Of a DNA stretch of 64,000 nt, positions 48,312 to 58,127 are shown piece by piece. The notes below the pieces were generated by a model that was given only the letters and a program-made list of their open reading frames with translations, did not search any database and was not told the origin of the DNA. The stretch's first letter is position 1, and each line of letters begins with the position of its first letter. The DNA is taken from positions 124,001 to 188,000 of the forward strand of contig NIVC01001237.1 in the NCBI GenBank assembly GCA_002269645.1. The letters run 5' to 3'. The position numbers and the translations under genes were made by a program. The stretch comes from Macrostomum lignano. Taxonomy: Eukaryota.

Positions 48312-51300
48312 ATGGCTGCTAATCATGCAAAGCTTGTTGAAGATTTAACTCTAGTTGTGGAGCAGAGTTTGGGAAAATTCGAGAACCGAATTGCTACTCG
48401 CGTCGCGAATGAAGTTACTCAGCATCAACAGCAGCAGCAGAGCCAGAGTTCAACTCCTAGAAATGCTGGCAATGGTGCCCAGAGTCAGTTCGGACAGTCT
48501 CCGTTGCCTCTGCCAGTACATCAAAATGTTTACTGCGACAATTGCAACACAGTTATTGTCGGAGTGCGCTATAAGTGCGGGTAAGACAAACTAAAAATAC
48601 AATTAAATTAGCTATGACTTATGTCTATGACACAACATTAAAATATTAATGTAGGAGCTTTGAAGATCATATGAAGAGAAATAATCTTTTTTGGCGCCCT
48701 CTTGCCAGTAGATTTTTAGCGCCCCCTTGAAAGTAGCTTTGGCGCCCCCTTTTATCAGTAGCTTTGGCGCCCCTTGACAGTAGCTTTGGCGCCCCCTTGA
48801 CAGTAGCTTTGGCGCCCCCTTTTACCAGTAGCTTTGGCGCCACCTTGCCAGTAGCTTTGGCGCCACCTTGCCAGTAGCTTTAGCGTCCCCTTGCCAGTAG
48901 CTTTGGCGCCACCTCTTGCCAGTAGCTTTGGCGCCACCTTGCCAGTAGCTTTGGCGCCACCTTGCCAGTAGCTTTGGCGCCCCCTTGCCAGTAGCTTTGG
49001 CGCCCCCTCTTGCCAGTAGCTTTGGCGCCCCCTTGCCAGTAGCTTTGGCGCCCCCTTGCCAGTAGCTTTGGCGCCACCTTTCCAGTAGCTTTGGCGCCCC
49101 CTTGCCAGTAGCTTTGGCGCCCCCTTGCCAGTAGCTTTGGCGCCCCCTTCTTGCCAGTAGCTTTGGCGCCCCCATGCCAGTAGCTTTGGCACCCCCTTCT
49201 TGCCAGTAGCTTTGGCGCCCCCTTGCCAGTAGCTTTGGCGCCACCTTGCCAGTAATTCTGGCGCTATCAAAGACGCCAGAAAGAAATCCTAGCCACTAGT
49301 GGGTAAAGCCTTACATAGCACTGCATAACATCCTGTACCCATTATCCAGCATGTGCAAGGACTTCGATCTGTGCGAGAGATGCGAATCGAGCCGGCCGCA
49401 CCAACAGCGCAATCATTTGTTTATCAAAATTTACGAACCAATATCGGCTTCGTTGAATGCTCGTCCGTTGATATCGAATCCCGAACTAGCTCGCGGCGGT
49501 GACGGTGGGAATGGCATTAGCGCTCATAATCCATTTGCTGGTTTTCTGAGCTCTCTGGGAGTGCCGGCTGGCGTTCAAGCCACGCTGGAGGTCGTCCACG
49601 AGGAGGACTTCGAAATTGAGGTAACAAATACTAGTATGTGCAAATCCTGCAATGATGCTTTTTTGTGGAACTTTTATTTCTTAATGAGTGACGTGTTCTA
49701 TCAACTTTTATTTTGATAGGGGGTGCTGATTCCGCGTTGATTGTTGATTCAATGTCTGATTGAGTGTGCGCCAAGATGAGCGAGGGACTGAGAAACTGAG
49801 TGACTGAGTGACTGACCAGCTGAGTGACTGTGACTGAGTAATGAGTGACTGCGTAACTGAGTGACCGAGTAACTGTGTGACTTAGTAGCTGAGTGACTGA
49901 GTAACTGTGTGACTTAGTAGCTGAGTAACTGAGTAACTGTGTGACTAAGTAACTGAGTGACTGTGTGACTGAGTAACTGAGTGACTGAGTAGCTGAGTGA
50001 CTGTGTGACTGAGTAACTGAGTGACTGTGTGACTGAGTAACTGAGTGACTGAGTAACTGAGTGACTGTGTGAGTAATGAGTGACTGAGTAAAGTAACTGA
50101 GTGACCGAGTAGCTGAGTGACTGAGTAACTGTGTGACTGAGTAACTGAGTGACTGTGTGACTGAGTAACTGAGTGACTGAGTAGCTGAGTGACTGTGTGA
50201 CTGAGTAACTGAGTGACTGTGTGACTGAGTAACTGAGTGACTGAGTAACTGAGTGACTGTGTGAGTAATGAGTGACTGAGTAAAGTAACTGAGTGACTGA
50301 GTAACTGAGTAACTGAATGGAGTACTAAGCGAATAACTCAATCCGTTGAGCATAGCAAAATGCACCGCCCTATTAAACTGTTTGATTCTCCAATCAGATT
50401 CGCGAACTGGCTCAGGCCAACGGTTGCCAATTCTACCTGAGCGACAATGGTCAGCGGCTGTGCAAAGACTATCAACTAATTAACCGAAGCAGTCGCAACA
50501 TTCAATCGGGTGATTATTACCTCGAGCACGTGTTCAGCTGCGGCCTGATGCCTTTGGAAATTCACCTGGCAGTGCCGCCAATACCCGAGGGCGATATTCG
50601 AATCATTTGCCTGAGCTGGCGAGCACCTCAATCGGCTGTTGAACAGTCCGCACTTCTCCTTGGCTCCGATTCGGTGGCTGAGCAAGATTCAAGCAACAAT
50701 GCTAACGATACTACTAACAGGCCTCCACTGCGTCAGGTTTATTCGGTTTATCGATTGAAAGATCGTCGGGGCAGGCATATTGGCGAGCCGATTAATGCTT
50801 CGTTGACTTTGATGCAGTTGGCCCAGACAGCTGGCAGCTGGAGTTCGGGTGTCACCTCGGCTGCACAGACCGAAGCAGATTATCATCATCGGCAACATCG
50901 CCGCGTCGGCTCCAATGTCGATGACTCAGACGAGAACTCGTTTGAGCTCATTAGCGACGATGAGCTGCCAAGCTGTTTCGTATTGGATTCTCGGGCGCCG
51001 TTGACACCGCCGCCTGTAGCACCGACCTTGGTGCCCGCAGACAGCGCCCCTGGTCAGCAAAATAACGGATTTGATAACAACTTCGAGGATTGCCTGGTGG
51101 ATTTGACGAGTTCGTTTAGTCTTGATGATGATGATAATAGGGCTCAGAATTTGTTGCCGCCTCCGCTGCCCCCTCGAATTTCTTCTGCTGCGGTGTCTCA
51201 GCAGCAGCCACAGCAGCAGCAACATCAGCATCAGCAGCAGCAGAGGGAGCAACCACAGCAGCAACAGCAGCAGCAGCAGAGGGAGCAACCACAGCAGCAA

Positions 51301-51419
51301 CAGCAGCAGCAGCAGCAGAGGGAGCAACCACAGCGAAAACAGCATCAGCAGCAGCAGAGGGAGCAACCACAGCAACAACAGCAGCAGCAGCAGAGGGAGC
51401 AACCACAGCAGCAGCAACA

Positions 51420-51460
<41 letters not shown>

Positions 51461-52044
51461 CATCAGTCGCATCTTCAGCCTCTATTAAAAGTACAAGTGC
51501 CACTTTTGACGCTTCTAACCAGTCGGTTGCCGCTCGGTAAGTTGATTGAGGGCATTGTTGTAGTTAGGCCTAGTCGGGCCTAGTGAGTAGCTCAAATATC
51601 AGAAGAATTGTTTAATTGTCAGTAGAACCTCTCAAATGTCAGTAGAATCACTTATCACTTATTCTACTGACATTGCACAGGCTGCTCTCACAGTCGCTAT
51701 CCGATCGAGTTCACCCCTCGATGCTTCTGGCGGCCGCCTACGTGCCCAAGACTTCGAACTGGGTGCCACCGCCTCAGCAGCAGCAGCAGCAGCCGCCACA
51801 GCCACAGCAGAAGCCGCTTCCGCCGCCGCCGCCTGGTCCAAGACTTCTTCAACAGCAAGGATCTAACCTGACCAGCAGCGACATTTGGGGTCCCCGCGGC
51901 GAGCAAAGTGAACGTCTTCAACTGCAGAAACTTCTAGAAATGGGATTTTACCGGAAGGAGATCAATGCTAAAGTGCTGCGGGAAGCCAATGGCGATTTTG
52001 AAGAGGCTCTGAACCGGCTGAGTCGCATGTACGAGGATTTTTAA
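48312..52044 (+). CDS. NBR1: NBR1-like selective autophagy receptor (ZZ finger, FW/NBR1-like domain, LIR, UBA), 4 exons, about 680 aa
   Basis: Exons 48312(?)-48580, 49350-49620, 50398-51536, 51681-52044; phases 2/0/2. ZZ finger CDNCNTVIVGVRYKCG|MCKDFDLCERCE...H..NHLFIKI. LIR DENSFELI followed by LPSCFVLDSRAPL, resembling NBR1 LPECFDTSRPL. C-terminal UBA LQKLLEMGFYRKEINAKVLREANGDFEEALNRL. The 5' end is uncertain. Confidence 0.82.
48700..49262. repeat. 21-24-bp minisatellite (NBR1 intron 1)
   Basis: Unit GCCAGTAGCTTTGGCGCCCCCTT. Confidence 0.95.
49780..50320. repeat. 8-bp-based GAGTGACT/GAGTAACT array (NBR1 intron 2)
   Basis: Directly visible. Confidence 0.93.
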
Positions 52045-53075
52045 CTGTGTTCCTCGCGCAACAATTCAAAAAACGGACACAAGTTTTTATCTCGTTGAAC
52101 ATTTCCCCTGAATTTTACTACTGCATTAATTCAGACTTTTGTTTTAAAAATTCATCAGTTTGGGATCTTTTTAAGTAAAAAATCATCAAAAAGTTTTTTG
52201 TTATAATTGCACCTACTGAAGTCCGAGTTTTATTAATTTAATAGTTATATATATTCGCGTTATTACTCTATGTTAAACTAAAACTACTTGCACTAGTGAG
52301 TAGTGTAAAACGATATGTTATACTTTTTAAACAGTTTACACTAAATCGTTGCGTCATCTAAAATTCGCTTATTTCAAGCCACTTCAAAAAAAATTTTTGT
52401 TTGTTTGTTTGGATGGCAAAAAATTCTACTGTTCATAGATTCCAAGTCATTTTTAATAAAGTCAAGGATATCTTCGATTTCTATAATTAATTTTTCATTA
52501 TATTTAGAACTCGAAATAAATTTTCTTTGTACAGAACAAAAAAGCAGTACATGTACATGTACTTGGCAAAAAAGTAAATATTTTTCTTATCACTTTCAAT
52601 TTTCGATTTTTTCTTTTGTAATAACTTCTGAAAACAAAAGTTTTTTTTCAAATTGGAACACATTTTTAATGCAAGCCTTTGTATTTTATTATTATTTTAT
52701 CTGACATAAATATATACTGAAAAACGCGTTAAAAACTCGAAATTTGTTATTTTAAAACCATTAAAACCTGTTCTCTGTTGTCTATCAGTTATTTATCATT
52801 TTGTCACCTGTTAGCTATTGATTGTCAGTTATTCAGTTACGATAGCTTTCTAAATATAGTTTTGATTTATGACAAAAATAGAAAACAATGCAATTTGTTT
52901 TAATCTGTAAATTCGGAGGCATATTTAAAGGCGCGTTACGGCTAAGCTTATTTTCAAAGTGTTTTCAATATTGAAACAATCTAAAGAAGGTAAGACACAC
53001 TATGGCATACAGTATGTTCCTTTCAGTTGATGTTTTTCTCTCACGATTTCGTTGGAACCATGCTTCTTTCTGAGG

Positions 53076-53440
53076 GGGGCGTAGCCCAGCGGTAGCGCAG
53101 CTGCTCTGGTGTGCCAGCGACCCAGGCTCGATTCCAAGTGCAGTCACATTAATTTGGGGCTGAATTGGAATCTCGGCTTGGCTCTGCTCGTGCAATTAAC
53201 GGCCTTGAGAGCCAACCCCCCAAGGCGCAGTGAAGTGTACATGCCTAACGATAAATAAAGTTAGGGCCGCTGTACACTCCTGTGTGAGTGTGTGCCTGCG
53301 TACGTATCCGCGCGCTTGTGTGCCTGCTCAGGGAGTCGGCGGAATGGGCCCCGCAGTAATGCCTCTCGCCGGTTGTGTGCCTATGTCGCTTAAAGTGCGC
53401 CAGGGTGCACACAACCCCCCTGCCTCTAATAAAAATAATA
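53076..53440 (+). mobile_element. Putative tRNA-derived SINE
   Basis: A-box-like TAGCCCAGCGGTAG and B-box-like GGCTCGATTCC in a 70-nt head, then a GC-rich body and an AT-rich tail (AATAAAAATAATAAT). No foldable cloverleaf. Confidence 0.55.
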
Positions 53441-53990
53441 ATGCTTCTCTCTGTTTAAGCTTTAACAAAAATTGCCTTCAGAGAAGCCTTTTTCATTACA
53501 GTTCCGTCTACGGAGATTGCTACGGTTTTATTAATAAGTAATGATTCTGTTAAAACAATACACAATTGTTGCGTGTAATAGGAATGGAAGTTTCCACTCA
53601 AACAAAAACCCAAGAAGCAGCGCTTCTTTGCAAATTTGCAATTTGGCAAAAAATGCATTTTGTGAGTTGGAAACCAAATATAGCAAGGAATCCTGCACCA
53701 CGCGGCCCACGCACGCAGTGTGGTTTAATTAGCTTTCTTCTCCCAGCAAACTGGGTTGTGAGTTGCCAGCTGGGCTCCGCTAAGTCTTCCCCATGATTGC
53801 CAACAGGCATCCAAGCGGTTACAGACTTAGCAAAAAAACTTTCTTAGCAACGCAAAAGCTTCTTTGTGGATGGAGGGTAAATGCAGATAAAGTGTCAATT
53901 CTTCCAAAAGCCCTCTTGCAGCACAGGTAGCAGCTAACCATCGCCTAAATTTTTCCGGCAACTCAGTTTCCCATTCGCAAACTATAGGCT

Positions 53991-54959
53991 ATGCTCTACT
54001 CACTGCTCGTGTTCGCCATTTTTTGCTGCGGCGCCAGTTTCTGCAGCCAGCACCAATGGCTTGTGCAGAGAGACGACCTGAGCGAGTACAAGCTTAGCAG
54101 CTCCGTGGCTGATGTCCGGAGCGACTTGGAGTGTGCGGCTCTCGCTGGACCGCAGCACCAAGCGGTCGAGTTCACTGATCTCGGCGGCATCTGTCGATTG
54201 TACAGCTGCCAGCTGGGATCGAGCGGATGCAGGAAGTGTCGCAATGCGAGAAACTCGACTCTGCCTCTGCTGCTGGTAGGTGCTCACTTTTTATTCTATT
54301 ATGCCTGTTGCTATCGTGATGTATTATGGCTAACCGTGATATTACAGGTGAGACAGCTTGATGAGCTCGGAAGAACCTGCTGGCGCACCTTCCAGCACCG
54401 AGTGGACGGCTCGGTGGACTTCTACCGGAACTGGACAGAGTACTTGACCGAATTCGGCCAGGGCGAGGACAGAAACTACTGGATGGGTCTAGAAGCGATT
54501 CACCAGCTCACTCGAGCCGGAGACAGGCGCGTGAGGTGGGAGATGAGCGACTGGAACGACACTCGCTACTACGTCGAGGACGAGCACTTCGCCGTGCAGA
54601 ACGCCAGTCAGGGTTACCGAGTCAGCGTTGGAGAGCAAGATTTGAGCAGATCGAATGTGGTAGCTCGCAGCCATACCAGCGCAAACTATCTCAGTGGAAA
54701 TATGTTCAGTACTATGGACAGAGATCAAGATGCTGCAGGGACTCAGAACTGCGCTTATCAATTTAAAGGAGGCTGGTGGTACTCCTTCTGCCACTTGTTC
54801 AATCCGAACGGAAAGTACTTCGAACCTCCGTTTGCTTTCAACCAGACGCAGCCTATTGCTGGAGTTGGCATATCATTTACGTCGCAAGATTTGGTTTACC
54901 CGTTCGTGCACTCCTATTCAATGAAGACGTTTGAGTGCCTGGTGTCGGGATCGTTCTGA
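53991..54959 (+). CDS. Secreted fibrinogen-related protein (FReP) with an N-terminal degenerate PAN/apple-like module, about 298 aa
   Basis: Signal peptide MLYSLLVFAIFCCGASFCS. FReD motifs FQHRVDGSVDFYRNWTEY..EFG, YWMGLEAIHQLT, FSTMDRDQD, CAYQFKGGWWYSFC..FNPNG. Probable intron 54276-54347 (GTAGGT...CTAAC...TTACAG). Confidence 0.88.
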   Translation: MLYSLLVFAIFCCGASFCSQHQWLVQRDDLSEYKLSSSVADVRSDLECAALAGPQHQAVEFTDLGGICRLYSCQLGSSGCRKCRNARNSTLPLLLVGAHFLFYYACCYRDVLWLTVILQVRQLDELGRTCWRTFQHRVDGSVDFYRNWTEYLTEFGQGEDRNYWMGLEAIHQLTRAGDRRVRWEMSDWNDTRYYVEDEHFAVQNASQGYRVSVGEQDLSRSNVVARSHTSANYLSGNMFSTMDRDQDAAGTQNCAYQFKGGWWYSFCHLFNPNGKYFEPPFAFNQTQPIAGVGISFTSQDLVYPFVHSYSMKTFECLVSGSF

Positions 54960-55108
54960 ATTATTATGTCAATTTGGTGTCAGTAGTTTTTCCCCATTAT
55001 TGACGAGGGGTATCGTTATAAAAATGCAAATTTAATAACATTCTTGACTAAATACAGAGTACAAATCTTTAGTGCAATGTGACTTGTTTAACTTACACAA
55101 ATTGTTCC

Positions 55109-55180
55109 GAGTGGGTCGAGAATCGAACCCCCGACCCTCTAGTCGTGAGTCCGATGCTTTAACCACTAGGCTACAATTCC
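55109..55180 (-). mobile_element. tRNA-like SINE head (Val-CAC-like, degenerate)
   Basis: Reverse strand reads GGAATTGTAGCCTAGTGGTTAAAGC...GGTTCGATTCTCG: A-box and B-box present, but acceptor and anticodon stems do not pair. Confidence 0.6.
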
Positions 55181-55204
55181 CCCTCCAAATCCTTGCTCAA
55201 GGAT

Positions 55205-55410
55205 TTGTGTCCTTGAGCAAGACAGTTGACTCTGCATTGCTTCAGATGGGTGCCAGCATTAGCTGGGGTAATTGAGGGTGTGTGTGGCGACCCCCCAGTC
55301 CTTGGACTGAACAGCCGTACGCAGCCTTCAGATGCACCACGCAATAGCTGTGGCTGAGCTGTCGGTTGCACATCTGCCTATTAGGGCGCATGTAATCAAT
55401 TATTATTTTT
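55205..55410 (+). mobile_element. 5'-truncated SINE body with CORE-like segment and TATT tail
   Basis: GTGTCCTTGAGCAAGACAGTTGACTCTGCATTGCTTCAG resembles the CORE-SINE central domain; ends in ATTATTATTTTTTT. Confidence 0.45.
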
Positions 55411-55932
55411 TTTTATTAACTTACGTATAACTGATAAATGTGTTCATTGTTCAATTTAATCTTTAGATCGATTCTGCTTCATATCCTGAATTCTAATCAA
55501 ATAAATATTCTTTATCAGCAGATTTTTAATTTCTTGTCAATGTGCTATGCCTCATTTTTATAGATGTGCAGCACTACTCTAGTACTCGTACCCTTAAAAT
55601 GAGTTTTTCTGCAAATTAGTACATGTAAAATTTATAGTTCTCAAAACTAATATTTATTTCACAATAAAATCTTGAATAGTTCGATCGCTCGTTTTCTATA
55701 TTTGTTGAGGAAGTTTTGACAGTATATATTTATTTACCCTGAGAAGTGCTCGACCCCTGCAAGATATCAGCAGTGTATCACCTGACGCAGCCCTCAAACA
55801 CACGCCACATGCACACCTGGCAACAGGTATTTAAATACAAACAATTTTTACTTGCAAGAATTCTTCGTGAGTATGGGAAAATTAATCGGGATTGGGAAAG
55901 AAAACGCGTGACTAACGCTTAACCTCTCTACC

Positions 55933-56105
55933 CCACAGATACTACGACTCGTAAAATAACTAGATGGGCCACTCAGCACATTCGCGTGTAAGCTACTTTC
56001 AGTTCAGTAGTAAGTTAAACAGAAGCATTTTAATGTATTTTTAAAGCTAAGGCTAGTTTTATTGGCTCTTACCCCTCAGCTTAAACCCTCCAGCCGCGCC
56101 TTTCG
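55933..56105. mobile_element. One-ended copy of the 16063-16513 MITE family
   Basis: CCACAGATACTA...ACTCAGCACATTCGCGTGTAAGCTACTTTCAGTTCAGTAG...TTTATTGGCTCTTACCCCTCAGCTTAAACCCTC matches the reverse complement of 16340-16513. Confidence 0.75.
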
Positions 56106-57619
56106 TAACTAGACTACAGTAACGAAGATTGGTTATCTATAAAAGTCTCGGTACTTTAAACCGGAAGGTTATATAGTTAGGCGGTCATATAAACAAAAAA
56201 GCAATCAAAACAGATTGCTTGGAATGCCGCAGCAGGGGTTCCTCTCTAGTCGGGGAGGAGTTTCCTGGTGTTAAATTTATGTTTGCATATAAAATTGCTT
56301 TGTACAGAAAAGATTTGTAGAATAATTTGGTCCAGCAGTGATAGAAACAGATGTTTTGTTCAACTTCAAAAAGCAATATTTACAAACAGCAATTCCGGAA
56401 AATGGTAATTTTAACAAATGTTAATAAAAATGTTAATTAACAACAAAACAAAGGACAACAATAATCACGCACTTCGCCTACTTGTGTGAGTAATATATAT
56501 AAGATATGGTCAAATCGAATAACAAGTTCTGGCTGCCTGAATCTGAATGTATCGATGAAACACAAACTATACAGTCTCAAAATTTCCCTAAAAATTGATT
56601 TTCAACAAACTCAAAATCTCAGATTGCACTGGCAGGGGCTCTGGGGTGAATCAATGGACAGAAAAAAATTGGTTTGGTCAATAGTTTGTGCGCAAACAAA
56701 AAGATTGTAAGAAAAAGATTTGTGCGACTGAAAACATCAAAATATTAATTTAATTTTTTTGCATCCGATGTTTACCTTGTCAGCGTTGCTAAAATTGTTA
56801 ATTCAAAATAAAAACATTAAACAAAATAATTCACAGCAACTTTATTTGCAGAACAGCTTTCAAAACAGCCTGTAGTTTTTTGGCATTTCAGTAAAGCCGC
56901 TAAATTGACAATAAACAGAGCTTACAGCCGAAAGTTAAAAATAAAATTGCAAACCGGAATTCAAAACACAGCATCGATATTTACGCCACAAGTTAAAACA
57001 AAAAAGACAGCAACCAACTATATTATGCAAAAATTCATCTTAATTTTCAAGATAACGAATTTTAACGAAAAATTTATACAGCCTAGCAAGAATTTTAGCG
57101 AAAAAGCGTTACTTTCTACTACCAGTAGGTTAAAGAGACGCTAGCAGTATTATAATTCTTTAAAAAGTTTTCTCATAAACGTGTTTTTTGCATTATCCAC
57201 CGAAAGAGTTGCGTTTGTGGCACATTTGTGCATAAATTATGATAATAACCCGGTTGGAGCAAAGATAACTGAAGAACAAAAACTCTATGTGCATATTATA
57301 CAATATACAGCAGGGGAAGTATATAAATAAAAATTCAATATGCGCGCAAGACTAAGAACTTCTAAATTAACTTATTGATCCAACTTTGCTACTAACAAAA
57401 CTTCTTTCAAACTTGACCGCAACTCTTGCCAAATTTATGGTCCGCTATAAAGACAATAATATTTTGAGCGCCACGAATACTAAGTTTTAGAACTTCTGTC
57501 ACTGCAGAGCTGACGCAATGCCAGGAGCTGGCTGGGTAAGTACTTTAGCTGAACTGCTTCTGAGAAGCCATAGTAACAGTGTTATTTAAGCCTAGACTAG
57601 CAAAATCCAAGATGTAGTT

Positions 57620-57880
57620 TTACTGAATAGATTAGCAATCCATTCTATTTCTCTATAATCCATTTATAGTGAATAGATTAGCAATCCATTCTATTCCTCT
57701 ATAATCCATTTATAGTTAATAGATTAGCAATCCATTCTATTTCTCTATAATCCATTTATAGTGAATCGATTAGCAATCCATTCTATTTCTCTATAATCCA
57801 TTTATAGTTAATAGATTAGCAATCCATTCTATTTCTCTATAATACATTTATAGTGAATAGATTAGCAATCCATTCTATTC
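57620..57880. repeat. 46-bp tandem repeat, about 5.5 copies
   Basis: Unit GAATAGATTAGCAATCCATTCTATTTCTCTATAATCCATTTATAGT. Confidence 0.9.
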
Positions 57881-58127
57881 CTGCAGCATATTAACTTTAG
57901 CTAGATGATCATGATAGAAAACAGAGCAAAATTCATAAATCATAATAATAAACAGCATTACATAAAAGTAGTAGAATATATAGAGATTTATGAGAATACA
58001 AAACACGATTAAAAATAAAAAATTAATTATAAATTATATTAATAATACTAGCTAAAGGTTAAATTCAACAGCAGAAGCCACGAACCGGAGTCTAGTAATG
58101 CGGGAGGCTGCGATGGTGATGAAGCGG

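Noticed and set aside
49780-50320. Nrf2/ARE array in the NBR1 intron
   Set aside because: Units read TGACTGAGT, lacking the GC required in TGACnnnGC.
53076-55180. Functional tRNA genes at 53076 (+) and 55180 (-)
   Set aside because: A and B boxes are present, but acceptor and anticodon stems do not pair; treated as SINE heads.
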